A stretch of DNA of 64,000 nt from Verrucomicrobiota bacterium (lineage in GTDB: Bacteria; Verrucomicrobiota; Verrucomicrobiia; Limisphaerales; JACPZS01). The stretch lies in contig JACPZS010000086.1 in the NCBI GenBank assembly GCA_016195385.1, positions 5,671 through 69,670 of the forward strand, read 5' to 3'. A model generated the notes under the pieces. The model did no database searches. It saw only the letters and a list, made by a program, of their open reading frames with translations, and was not told the origin of the DNA. Below are positions 37,733-47,201 of the stretch, piece after piece (the first letter of the stretch is position 1; each line of letters starts with the position of its first letter). The position numbers and the translations under genes are program-made.

Positions 37733-40700
37733 TCAATCGGGCGACGCTGTTGAAGCGGTTGTGACACTGGAAGGCGAGCTTGAATCGCGATCGCTGTGTC
37801 GATAGACGATCAAATACGCTGCCGGTACGATGAAGATGGTGAGCACGACCGAAACGGCCAAGCCGCCGATAATCGCGCGGGCCAGGGGCGCGTAGGCTTC
37901 CGAGCCGGCCCCGAGGCTGAAGGCCATCGGCAGCAAGCCGATGAGCGTCGCTAGTGATGTCATCAACACTGGGCGCAGTCGCACGCGGCAGGCCAGCGAC
38001 ACGGCTTCACGCAGCGGCTTTCCGTCCTCGCGCAGGCGGTGCGTGAACTCGACGATGAGGATGCTGTTGGACACCACGATCCCGACCATCATCACGACGC
38101 CCATCAGCGACATGACGTTGAGTGTCGTGCCAGTGATCAGCAACGTGATCAGCACACCGATCAGACCCGTCGGCACGGCGAGAAGAATGAGCAACGGATC
38201 GATCCAAGACTTAAACTGCGCGACGAGGATCAAATAGACGAGCACGACCGAAAGCAGCAGCCCCAGCCCAAAGCTTTTGAACGATGCCTGCATTCCTTGC
38301 ACCGAACCGCGCACGGTCACGCGCACGCCTTCGGGCAGGTTTGTCTCGACGATAATTTTGTTTACCGCGCCCAAAATCTTTCCCAAGTCTTCGCCCGTAG
38401 GAGCCACATAAACATCAATGACGCGGCGAAGTTGATAGTGATCCACTTCGGTCGGCGCGTGGATGTGCCGCAGACCGCTCACGGCATCAAGCCGGGCAGT
38501 CTTGGTCCTGGTCGCCGCGCGCACTGGAATGGCCTGAAGTTCCTCGAAAGTTTTCACGTGATTCTCAGGGTATTGAACCGTGAGCAGGTAATCGTTGCCG
38601 CTTTTGGGATCAACCCAGTAGCTCGGCGCGATCATCTGGTCGGAGGCCAGTGCCGTGATAACGTTGCCGACAACTTCCTTCGAGGTCAGGCCAAGCTGAC
38701 TGGCATGTTCGCGATCGATGTCGAGTTGCAAGGCCGGGTAATCGACATCCTGCGGCACCAGCACGTCGCTCACGCCGGGGAGGGCGCGCATTTTTCGCGC
38801 GAGTTCCGTGGCGGTTTGATGGGTGAGTTCGAGTTTGGATCCGCTCACCTGGATGTCCATCGGCGCGGGCAGACCGAGGTTCAACACGGCATCGACGAGG
38901 CCGCCGGATTGGAAATAGGCGCTGATCTCCGGCAACTCTTTTTCCAACCGCCGCCGCACACGGTTCATGTATTCGTAGCTGCCGATCTTGTGGGACTCTT
39001 TGAGACTGGCTTGCACAAACGCGGTATGTTGCGCGGAGTTCGGCGTGTACATCGAAGAAAAACCGGGCGTGACACCGATGTTGGCCACGATGATGCCGAG
39101 GTCGGTCGGCGCGACCTCTTCACGAATGATGTCCTCCACTTTTTTCACGAGTTGCTCGGTGTTTTCGAGTCGCGTGCCGGTCGTGGCTTTGAGATTGATG
39201 ACAAATTGCGCCGGGTCGGTGCGCGGAAAATAGGCGACGCCGATGAACGGGAACAGCCCGAGGCTCAGGAGAAAAGCGCCGGTCAGTCCCGCCACCGTGG
39301 CGGCTGGCCGCAGCAGCGCAACGCCCAGCCATCGCTCATAAGCATCGAGCAAGTTGTGGAACTTGCGGTTGAACCAGACATTGAAACGCTGACCACGCGA
39401 CTTCGACTTCTCCGGTTTGTTCGCGTCGTGCATTTGATGGCCTCGGATGAATTTCGCGCAGAACAGCGGCACGACCGTGAGCGCCACGAAGTAGGACGCG
39501 AAGAGCGAAAGCACCACGGACAGCGCCAGGGCGACGAACAAGAACCGGCTCACGCCGTACAGAAAAGTTACCGGGAAAAACACCACTGCCGTGGTAAGTG
39601 TCGCGGCCAGCACGGGCAGCGCCACTTCGCGTCCGCCCTTCTCAGCGGCGACCTCGGGTGTTTCGCCCAGTTCGAGATGACGGAAAATATTTTCCAGCAC
39701 GACGACGGAGTTGTCGATCAGTCGGGAGAATGCCAGCGCCAGTCCGCCCAGCACCATCGTATTCACCGTGCCTCCGCCGAGCGACAACGAAAAAAAAGTT
39801 GCGAGCGCCGAAAGTGGAATCGAGAGAAAAACGCCGAGTGTGGCGCGCATACTGCCAAGGAAAATCAAAATCATCACGCCAGTGAGAATCAGCCCGATGG
39901 CACCTTCGTGGATGAGGTTCTCGATCGCGTTGCGGACGAACACCGATTGATCGAAGACCACTTTGGTGACGAGTTCTTTCGGCACGTCCAGTAAGTGCGC
40001 CACGCCATCCTTGATGCCATCCACGACGGCGATGGTGTTGGCGTCGCCGCCCTGCTTGAGCACCGGCAGATACACAGATTTCTGGCCATCGACCCGCACG
40101 ATGTTGTTTTGGATTTGCGAAGCGTCCTTTGCCACGCCGACGTCACCGACCAGAACCGAGGCCTGACCGACCGTCTTGAGCGGAATGCGGTTGATGTCCT
40201 CGATTTTCTCAATCTGACTGTTGCAATAAATGTTGTAGTCGATGGGGCCGATCTTCACGTCGCCGGCGGGCAGGATCAAATTCGAGTCGTTCACCGCGCG
40301 AACCACGTCCATCACGCTCAACTGATGCGCCTCCAATTTCAGTGGATCGACATACACCATGATCTGCCGGTAGCGCCCACCGAACGGCTGCGGCACGGAC
40401 GCGCCGGGCACGCCGGCGATCTGGTTGCGCACAGTGTACTGGCCGAGGTCGCGCAGTTGCGTTTCGTTCAAGCCTTCACCTTTCAACGTCACGAGACACA
40501 CCGGCAGACTTGACGCGTCGAATTTCAACACGACCGGCGGCAGCGTCCCGGGCGGCAGACGGCGCAAATTCGCGGAAGCCAGGTTGGCAATGACACTGAC
40601 GGCGTTGTCCGCGTTCATGCCGGGTTGGAAATAGACTTTGATCAAACTCACGCCCGGCAACGAGCGTGATTCGATGTGGTCGATGCCGCTGGCCAGCGTG

Positions 40701-40906
40701 AAAAAGCGCTCGAAGCGTCCGGTGATGTCATTTTCAATTTGTTCCGGCGGCATCCCGGAAAAAAATGTGGCGACGACAACGACCGGAATTTTAATTGGCG
40801 GGAACAAATCCACCGGCATCCGCACCACACTGGTCACGCCGAGCACGCAAGTGACGAGACAAAGCACGATGATCAAATACGGGTAGCGAAGCGCGAAGCG
40901 TGACAT
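37733..40906 (-). CDS. RND efflux transporter permease (AcrB/CzcA superfamily)
   Basis: 1057 aa starting MSRFALRYPYLIIVLCLVTCVLGVTSVVRMPVDLFP. It has 12-TM topology with two large periplasmic loops. Conserved TM4-region motifs are present (LGGLALAFSRLIDNSVVVLENI). Confidence 0.95.
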   Translation of the reverse strand: MSRFALRYPYLIIVLCLVTCVLGVTSVVRMPVDLFPPIKIPVVVVATFFSGMPPEQIENDITGRFERFFTLASGIDHIESRSLPGVSLIKVYFQPGMNADNAVSVIANLASANLRRLPPGTLPPVVLKFDASSLPVCLVTLKGEGLNETQLRDLGQYTVRNQIAGVPGASVPQPFGGRYRQIMVYVDPLKLEAHQLSVMDVVRAVNDSNLILPAGDVKIGPIDYNIYCNSQIEKIEDINRIPLKTVGQASVLVGDVGVAKDASQIQNNIVRVDGQKSVYLPVLKQGGDANTIAVVDGIKDGVAHLLDVPKELVTKVVFDQSVFVRNAIENLIHEGAIGLILTGVMILIFLGSMRATLGVFLSIPLSALATFFSLSLGGGTVNTMVLGGLALAFSRLIDNSVVVLENIFRHLELGETPEVAAEKGGREVALPVLAATLTTAVVFFPVTFLYGVSRFLFVALALSVVLSLFASYFVALTVVPLFCAKFIRGHQMHDANKPEKSKSRGQRFNVWFNRKFHNLLDAYERWLGVALLRPAATVAGLTGAFLLSLGLFPFIGVAYFPRTDPAQFVINLKATTGTRLENTEQLVKKVEDIIREEVAPTDLGIIVANIGVTPGFSSMYTPNSAQHTAFVQASLKESHKIGSYEYMNRVRRRLEKELPEISAYFQSGGLVDAVLNLGLPAPMDIQVSGSKLELTHQTATELARKMRALPGVSDVLVPQDVDYPALQLDIDREHASQLGLTSKEVVGNVITALASDQMIAPSYWVDPKSGNDYLLTVQYPENHVKTFEELQAIPVRAATRTKTARLDAVSGLRHIHAPTEVDHYQLRRVIDVYVAPTGEDLGKILGAVNKIIVETNLPEGVRVTVRGSVQGMQASFKSFGLGLLLSVVLVYLILVAQFKSWIDPLLILLAVPTGLIGVLITLLITGTTLNVMSLMGVVMMVGIVVSNSILIVEFTHRLREDGKPLREAVSLACRVRLRPVLMTSLATLIGLLPMAFSLGAGSEAYAPLARAIIGGLAVSVVLTIFIVPAAYLIVYRHSDRDSSSPSSVTTASTASPD

Positions 40907-40917
40907 GGGAAATTATT

Positions 40918-41631
40918 TTAAGGCCGGGGCAAGGTGCTCTCACTCATCTCGCGGAGCGTCGCGCGGAGTTTTTCCGGGGAGAAATCACCGGCGCGGCAGG
41001 CGGTGATGAGCCGGCGTTCTTTTGCGATGATTTGGGCGGCTGCTGCGGGAATGTCTCTGGCCAGATCGATGGGGACCGAAAGAATTCCGTGAGCGTTGCC
41101 GTGGAGCAAATCGCCCGGCTGAATTTTAAGTCCCGCGACTTTTACTTCGCCGCCGATGCTCACGATGTGCGCGTACGCGTGCGATACCGTCAGGCCACCT
41201 GCGAACAACGGAAAGCCCAGCGCTTCAACCGCAGGCGCGTCGCGCACGGTGCCATTCGTAACCGTGCCGACGCAGCCCAACGCGCGCAGGATGTTCGCAT
41301 GAACTTCGCCGAGCAATGAGCCGGTGCCGGGCGCGTCGTCCACATCTTCGATGACCACGACACGCGGCGCGGGAATGCTCTGGATGAAATCCCACCAGTC
41401 GGTGCGGTCGAGATAATGATGTCCATCCGGCGGTGGCGAGGAACACCGAATCCGCACCGTGACCGCGTAACCGAGCAACGCGGGCAAGCGAGGAAACAGG
41501 CAGCGGATGCGGGCGTCGGTAAATCCCTCGTTGCGGAGGCGGAAATTAAAGGTCTCGATGGCGTTGGCCACGGTGCAGGTGTCCATCTGGCGGAGCGCCT
41601 CGAACTGTTCGGAGTTGAGCGGGTTGTTCAT
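40918..41631 (-). CDS. RraA-family protein (RNase E regulator / HMG-CHA aldolase-like fold)
   Basis: 237 aa. The motifs TCTVANAIE, GSLLGEVHANILRALGCVGTVTNGTVRD and GDLLHGNAHGIL match the RraA / dimethylmenaquinone-methyltransferase-like family. Its ATG overlaps the adaptor stop (ATGA), and it ends 11 nt before the RND start. Confidence 0.8.
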   Translation of the reverse strand: MNNPLNSEQFEALRQMDTCTVANAIETFNFRLRNEGFTDARIRCLFPRLPALLGYAVTVRIRCSSPPPDGHHYLDRTDWWDFIQSIPAPRVVVIEDVDDAPGTGSLLGEVHANILRALGCVGTVTNGTVRDAPAVEALGFPLFAGGLTVSHAYAHIVSIGGEVKVAGLKIQPGDLLHGNAHGILSVPIDLARDIPAAAAQIIAKERRLITACRAGDFSPEKLRATLREMSESTLPRP

Positions 41632-42863
41632 GGGGCGTTGGTGGCGCTGATGAGCTTCGGGGCGACGAGCTGGCCTGGTTTGACTTGAGTGCGATTGCCA
41701 ATCATCACCAGCTCGTTTTCATTCAAGCCACTCAACACTTCGATCTTGGACGGCGTTTCAAGACCGAGCGCAAGCGGGCGTTCTTCGATGTGGTTCTCCC
41801 GATTCACGACAAAGACGGTCGTGGTCTGGCCACGCGCGAGCGCCTCGACCGGGACGGCCAGCGCGCGCTCGCGGCGATCCAGTTTGAGCGTGACTGACGC
41901 ATACATGCCAGGGACGAGCGCCATATCCCGGTTGAGCACATCGACTTCGATCTCCATTTTCCGGGTTGCCGAATCTACTTTGTGGGTGGAGCGCGCGATG
42001 GTCCCGAGGAACGGTTTACTGCTCGACTCGACATGCACTTGGGCCGGGTCGCCCATCTTGATGCGGGCAACATGCGATACGGAGACGGGAAACACCAGCC
42101 GCAGTCGGTCATTTTGCGACAGCCGCACCAACGGGAGCGCCTGCGTGCTCGATGCCGTGCCGGCTTGAATCAGCGCGCCCGGATCGGCGAAGCGCCTGGT
42201 AATGACGCCGGCAAAGGGAGCGGTAATGCGCGAATATTTGAGCATTGTCCGGAGTTTGCTGACTTCAGCGCGGGCGACGTCCACCTGGGATTTCGTGGCG
42301 GCGAGCGTGGCTGCGGCCACGCGGTCTTTGCCCTGCGCGGCATCAAGATCCTGTTGGGCGATGAGGTTGGGCTGTGATTTTTCGACGGCTACCAGACGTA
42401 CGTAGGCAAGGTGCGTTTCTTCGTAGGCGGCTTCGGCGCGAGTGACTTCCTGTTCGCTGCGTTTTTGCATGGCCTCGGTGCGCGTGATGTCGTCGGCCAA
42501 TTCCGGCACTTCAATCACCGCAAGAAGCTGCCCAGCCTCGACGTGGTCGCCAATGTCCACGCTGATGCTCTCCAAGTAACCTGCGACTTTGGCGTGCAAC
42601 TCAATTTCCTGATAGGGCCGCAATTCGGCATCCACGATCAACTCCTGCGCCAAGTCCGCGCGCGACACTTTGACGACGGCAACCGGCGGGATTTTGCCCG
42701 ACGTGGTGTCTGCCTTGGCGTGAACGCGCACGGCGCGATAAAGCGGAATTGCCGCCGCCGCGAACACGACGAAGAAGGCGATCCGCCAGCCCAACATTTT
42801 CGAAATGCGCTTTGGAGGCTGACTCGCGGGCGGATGGGTTTGTTCCTGAATTTCAGTGCTCAT
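41628..42863 (-). CDS. RND efflux periplasmic adaptor (membrane fusion protein)
   Basis: 411 aa with an N-terminal anchor. It has a lipoyl-like segment (HAKVAGYLESISVDIGDHVEAGQLLAVIE), a coiled-coil hairpin, and a beta-barrel segment (ITAPFAGVITRRFADPGALIQ). Confidence 0.9.
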   Translation of the reverse strand: MSTEIQEQTHPPASQPPKRISKMLGWRIAFFVVFAAAAIPLYRAVRVHAKADTTSGKIPPVAVVKVSRADLAQELIVDAELRPYQEIELHAKVAGYLESISVDIGDHVEAGQLLAVIEVPELADDITRTEAMQKRSEQEVTRAEAAYEETHLAYVRLVAVEKSQPNLIAQQDLDAAQGKDRVAAATLAATKSQVDVARAEVSKLRTMLKYSRITAPFAGVITRRFADPGALIQAGTASSTQALPLVRLSQNDRLRLVFPVSVSHVARIKMGDPAQVHVESSSKPFLGTIARSTHKVDSATRKMEIEVDVLNRDMALVPGMYASVTLKLDRRERALAVPVEALARGQTTTVFVVNRENHIEERPLALGLETPSKIEVLSGLNENELVMIGNRTQVKPGQLVAPKLISATNAP

Positions 42864-44284
42864 GATTTTTGCCCGGCTTGTTCCGTAGGCGTTGACGCCA
42901 GCGGGAGTTCCACTCGGAAGCGGCTGCCCTGGCCGGGCGTGCTGCTGACTTCGACGTGCCCGTGGTGGGCCGCGCAGATGGATTGCACGATCGACAAACC
43001 CAGCCCCGCGCCGCCCAGTTCGCGCGAGCGCGCTTTATCGACCCGATAGAATCGTTCAAATACATGCGGCAGCGCCTCCGCCGGGATGCCGATGCCGTTG
43101 TCAGAAACTTCCAGCACAGTTTTGCCGTCGTGAGCGGCTACGGTCAAACCGATGGTGCCGTTCTCCATCGTGTATTTGATCGCATTGTCGAGCAGGTTCA
43201 CCACGACTTGTTTTAAGCGCGCGCGGTCGCCTTCGACCCAAGCGCCTCTGGCAGCGATGCAAGTGACGCGGATGTGCTTGTCATCGGCGAGCAGCAGCAT
43301 CTGATCGGATGTCGAAGCCGCCAATTGAGCGAGGTCAAAAACCTTCCATTCCACCTGTGCCTCGCCCACGTCGAGACGGGCGATGGCAAAAAGGCCTTCC
43401 ACGATGCGGGCCAACCGCTCGGCTTCCTCCAGCGTGCTGCCGATTCGTTCGTGCAAATCCGAGTTGAGGCATTCTTCCTGGACGAGGTTCTCCAGTTCGC
43501 CGCGCACCACGGTGAGTGGCGTGCGCAGTTCGTGCGACACGTCGGCGAGAAAAAGGCGGTTGTATTGAAATGCTTCATCGAGCCGCGCGATCATCCGGTT
43601 CAACGCCTGCGAAAGATGCTCGAACTCGTCGCCCGTCGGCGTCACCACCAGACGTTCGCTCAAGTTGCGCGATGTAATCCGCTCGGCGCTGCGCGTGATC
43701 TCTTCGACCGGCCGCAACGCTCGGCGCACGAGTAGAAAGCCTCCGCCCAGCGCCATGCCCGCGACCGCTACGAAGCCTACGGCCAGCAACACCAGCAGCC
43801 GGCGCAATTCAACGAGCGCCGGCGCGAGGGATTCGCCAGTCTCGACGAAAAAGCGGACTGCGCCATTCGAACTGGCTGCGGCTGTGGCGAGCAAGAGTTC
43901 GCCGCCATCGGTAAGCGTTTCCTTGCGCGTGCCTGGCTGCCGGGGCGGCGGGGAAATTTGCGCGGGGTTGAAACTCTGGTCGAGCGGGGCGCTGGACTCG
44001 TAAATGACAACGCCGTCGGGTCGCGAGACGCGAATGAAGCGGCTGCTGGCCTCCGGCGCAAAGCGCGTGGTGATTTCCTCCGCCAAATTTTTCTCCGGGA
44101 TGAGATTCATGCGCGACACCAGAGTGGCGATGCGTTGCGCCCGTTGCATTTGCGCGCTTCCGAGGTTGTGCTCCAGGTAATGGCGCAGCCCAAAATAAAT
44201 CAATGCGCCCGCTGTCACGAAGATTCCGCCCAGCCAGAGCGCATACCACAACACCAGCCGGAAGCGCAGCGAGTGGACGTTCAT
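42860..44284 (-). CDS. sensor histidine kinase (2 TM + HAMP + HisKA + HATPase), heavy-metal-sensor-like architecture
   Basis: N-terminal LRFRLVLWYALWLGGIF. The H-box is FLADVSHELRTPLTVVRGELE. N/G boxes are present (DNAIKYT, DNGIGIP, GGAGLGLSIV). ATGA overlaps occur at both ends. Confidence 0.9.
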   Translation of the reverse strand: MNVHSLRFRLVLWYALWLGGIFVTAGALIYFGLRHYLEHNLGSAQMQRAQRIATLVSRMNLIPEKNLAEEITTRFAPEASSRFIRVSRPDGVVIYESSAPLDQSFNPAQISPPPRQPGTRKETLTDGGELLLATAAASSNGAVRFFVETGESLAPALVELRRLLVLLAVGFVAVAGMALGGGFLLVRRALRPVEEITRSAERITSRNLSERLVVTPTGDEFEHLSQALNRMIARLDEAFQYNRLFLADVSHELRTPLTVVRGELENLVQEECLNSDLHERIGSTLEEAERLARIVEGLFAIARLDVGEAQVEWKVFDLAQLAASTSDQMLLLADDKHIRVTCIAARGAWVEGDRARLKQVVVNLLDNAIKYTMENGTIGLTVAAHDGKTVLEVSDNGIGIPAEALPHVFERFYRVDKARSRELGGAGLGLSIVQSICAAHHGHVEVSSTPGQGSRFRVELPLASTPTEQAGQKS

Positions 44285-44961
44285 GCCGGCTCCTCGTCAG
44301 TAAGACAATAGCCTGCGCCGCGCACCGTGCGGATGAGCTTGCGCTCGTGCGGCTCGTCTACTTTGGTCCGCAAGTGACGCACATAAACATCAACGATGTT
44401 CGTCAATCCCTCGAAACTTTCGTCCCAGACATGCTCGATGATCATCGTGCGCGTGAGCACGCGACCGGGGTGAGCGGCCAGGTATTCGAGGAGGGCGTAT
44501 TCTTTCGCGGTCAGGTCGATTCGCTTGCCGGCGCGACGCACTTGTTGCGTGAGGCGATCCATTTCGAGGTCGGCTACGCGCAATGTGTGACTGCGGCTGG
44601 CCGGCGGACGGCGCAGGAGCGCCTTTACGCGCACCACCAATTCTGCGAACGCGAACGGTTTTGTGAGATAATCGTCGGCACCCGCTTCGAAATTTTCGAT
44701 CTTGTCGCTCGTGGCGTCTCGGGCGGTCAGCACAAGCACCGCCGCGTTGCCGCCGCGTCGCCGGAGGCGGCGAAGCAACTCCGTGCCGCTGAGTCCAGGC
44801 AGCATGAGATCGAGGATGATCAAGTCATAATCCACGTTCGCGGCCATTTCCCATCCACTGAGGCCATCAACGGCGACATCGACAGCGAAGCGCTCGGCCC
44901 GCAGTCCGCGGGCGATGAAATCAGCCACCTTCCGTTCGTCTTCAACGAGTAGTAAGCGCAT
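44281..44961 (-). CDS. OmpR/PhoB-family response regulator
   Basis: The ATG at 44961 gives MRLLLVEDERKVADFI. The receiver has DLIILDLMLPGLSG and GADDYLTKPF. A complete winged helix is present (LTAKEYALLEYLAAHPGRVLTRTMIIEHVW ... VRGAGYCL). Confidence 0.9.
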   Translation of the reverse strand: MRLLLVEDERKVADFIARGLRAERFAVDVAVDGLSGWEMAANVDYDLIILDLMLPGLSGTELLRRLRRRGGNAAVLVLTARDATSDKIENFEAGADDYLTKPFAFAELVVRVKALLRRPPASRSHTLRVADLEMDRLTQQVRRAGKRIDLTAKEYALLEYLAAHPGRVLTRTMIIEHVWDESFEGLTNIVDVYVRHLRTKVDEPHERKLIRTVRGAGYCLTDEEPA

Positions 44962-45029
44962 TCCAATTCGCGATAACCGACGCACCATAACGCAGGACCA
45001 TTAAAGCACGCTGAACCGCGAATTAAAAT

Positions 45030-45407
45030 CTATTCAGAATCTTCCAGCATCATACAATAATGACCATGGGGCAGGACCGTTTTGTTCGGGACTCGACCGA
45101 ACGGTCTCGTCATTTCCGGTTCGGCGTGAGGTTGATGGGATTGGCTTTGATGTTCAAAAGCCACGCAGAACTGCTCCAACACCTCGCGTTCGGCTCGGAG
45201 CCAATCGCTTAAGGCAATGCCTTGGCGTGAGCCTCCGGCAAGCCAGAACTTGTGCGCCCGCCTCTCAATCTCTTCCTGAACCCATCGGTGTTGCTCTGCC
45301 GTAAAATAGGTTCGAGTGGGGGTTATGTACTCGATTTTAATCCTCATACGACTTCTCCTCCAGTCACGCATTGTTGTGCGATTCAACTGACAAGCGCGCT
45401 CTTTCAT
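45030..45407 (-). CDS. small protein with DUF2934-like motif
   Basis: EIERRAHKFWLAGGSRQGIALSDWLRAEREVLEQF resembles the DUF2934 signature (RAYxxW...G...DWxxAE). The start overlaps the upstream stop (ATGA). Internal ATG starts are also possible. Confidence 0.5.
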   Translation of the reverse strand: MKERACQLNRTTMRDWRRSRMRIKIEYITPTRTYFTAEQHRWVQEEIERRAHKFWLAGGSRQGIALSDWLRAEREVLEQFCVAFEHQSQSHQPHAEPEMTRPFGRVPNKTVLPHGHYCMMLEDSE

Positions 45408-45766
45408 GCTCTCACCTCCACCACCGAATTAAGCGAGCCCGAGGCGTTGGGCACGTTCTTGAAAGCCTTATTGTCATGAAGCCATTCGCCGTCCACGACG
45501 AACTTGTATTCATACCTACCTGGCACCAGCGCCAGCCGTTTTTCCCAATGGCCGTTCTCCTTGCGCCGAATCATCTCTAAACCGACTGGCGACCATCCAT
45601 TGAAATCGCCGCAAAGGTAAACTTCCCTAGCTTTGGGAAATTCCAGTGTGAAAATCGTCTCGACAAATTTCGGGGTGATTGGAAACCGCCGGTCCGAAGA
45701 TCCTCGCTGCTTGTTTGATTTTGGAACGTTTCGCTTTTCACTGGCATCACAATTTCTTTCGTTCAT
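45404..45766 (-). CDS. small CBM48 / AMPK-beta-type glycogen-binding-domain protein
   Basis: VYLCGDFNGWSPVGLEMIRRKENGHWEKRLALVPGRYEYKFVVDGEWLHD matches the CBM48 pattern (GDFNNW...G.W...L.PG.YEYKF.VDG.W). The ORF is open to 45949, but the upstream part looks non-coding. The ATG at 45766 is my choice, and the start remains uncertain. Confidence 0.6.
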   Translation of the reverse strand: MNERNCDASEKRNVPKSNKQRGSSDRRFPITPKFVETIFTLEFPKAREVYLCGDFNGWSPVGLEMIRRKENGHWEKRLALVPGRYEYKFVVDGEWLHDNKAFKNVPNASGSLNSVVEVRA

Positions 45767-46126
45767 AAGAATCACTTTCTTTTTATTTGGTCCGGTAACA
45801 TTGTTATTGACTGGCCAGCGGTTTCCCGGCTCCTTCAAGATTGTAGCCTGTCGCCAGGCAGCACCGCACGCACACCAGAACCAGTCACTCATAAGCAGGC
45901 ATTGTTTCTTTGGAACGGAACTTTGCTCTTGTCTCAAGAGCGAGAGCATTTCCGTTCATTCTCATAGACAGCCCGTACATTAACGTCCGATGAAAGCTAA
46001 ATTAAAATTGTAACGGCGGGTGAAATGTTCGAAGCCACAACCATGAATCTCCCGCCGCCTTCAGCACGTGAAAAATGCATGAAGGCGACTCAAACTAGGG
46101 TGCTCCCCATAGACTGTGCGGGAGGG

Positions 46127-46170
46127 TTTGTAACCAATTCGTAACAATTCCGACCTCTATCCGTAACGCG
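46127..46170 (+). promoter_or_regulatory. Pho-box-like array upstream of pstS (TTTGTAACCAA TTCGTAACAAT TCCGACCTCTA TCCGTAACGCG)
   Basis: It has the same four-unit, 11-bp phased architecture as 34911..34954, with GTAAC at 46130, 46141 and 46163. Units 2 and 3 are identical to the porin copy except for two positions. Confidence 0.5.
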
Positions 46171-46294
46171 CAGTCTTTAACTTGTGGGCGAACGAGAACA
46201 CATGAATCACGCCAGCATGAAACAAACAAGTGGCCGAATGAAGATACAGCAACAACAGCGGGTCGCCGTAGCGGCCATCGTAGCTTGAGAAATT

Positions 46295-47155
46295 ATGAAT
46301 CACACTACTTGCTTAACCAATAAAGCTTCGCTGCTTGCCGTCCTGCTGATGAACGCAGCGGCAAATCTGCCCGCCCGCGACATCACGGTCAAAGGCTCCG
46401 ACACCATGGTAGTCCTGGCTCAAAAATGGGCCGAGGTTTACATGGGCAAAAATGCCGACGCCAAAATCCAGGTGACAGGCGGCGGTTCCGGCACGGGCTT
46501 TTCCGCGTTGCAACAGAACAAGACGGATCTTTGCAACGCGTCGCGCAAAATAAAGCCGAAGGAAATCGAAGCCTGCATTCAGGCGTTCAGCAAACGCCCG
46601 ACCGAATACAAAGTCGCGCTCGACGGCTTGTCGGTTTACGTCAACGAGGACAATAAACTCAGAACGTTGAGCCTCGACGAACTCGAAGCCATCTTTACCG
46701 GCAAGATCAAGAATTGGAACGAAGTGGGCGGTCACGACGCTCCGATCACCGTTTACAGTCGTGAGAACAGTTCCGGCACTTACGAGTTCTTCAAGGAGCA
46801 CGTGCTCAAGAACAAGGATTTCGTGGCCAGCGCGCAGACGATGCCGGGCACGGCGGCGGTGTTGCAGGCCGTCGCCAAGGACAAGAACGGGATCGGCTAC
46901 GGCGGCGCGGCGTACGGCGTGGGGGCCAAGCACCTGGCCGTGAGCCGTGAAAAAGGCGGCGAAGCGATTGAGCCGAGTGAAGAAAATGTGGTCAACGGGA
47001 AGTATCCAATTTGGCGTTACTTGTTCATTTACCTGAACCCGGCTTTGGACAAGGGACCGATTGGCGCGTACTTGAGTTGGATTCGCAGCGACGACGGACA
47101 AAAGATTGTGAAAGAAGTTGGCTACTACTCGTTGCCGAAAAATCTTCGGCAATAA
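46295..47155 (+). CDS. pstS: phosphate ABC transporter substrate-binding protein PstS
   Basis: 286 aa with a signal peptide. ITVKGSDTMVVLAQKWAEVY and VTGGGSGTGFSAL are typical of the PstS-family PBP. It is the first gene of a pstSCAB-phoU array. Confidence 0.9.
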   Translation: MNHTTCLTNKASLLAVLLMNAAANLPARDITVKGSDTMVVLAQKWAEVYMGKNADAKIQVTGGGSGTGFSALQQNKTDLCNASRKIKPKEIEACIQAFSKRPTEYKVALDGLSVYVNEDNKLRTLSLDELEAIFTGKIKNWNEVGGHDAPITVYSRENSSGTYEFFKEHVLKNKDFVASAQTMPGTAAVLQAVAKDKNGIGYGGAAYGVGAKHLAVSREKGGEAIEPSEENVVNGKYPIWRYLFIYLNPALDKGPIGAYLSWIRSDDGQKIVKEVGYYSLPKNLRQ

Positions 47156-47201
47156 CCCGTCGATGACAATTTGAGCGTCAGTTCCTCCTGCGATCAAATC
47201 T

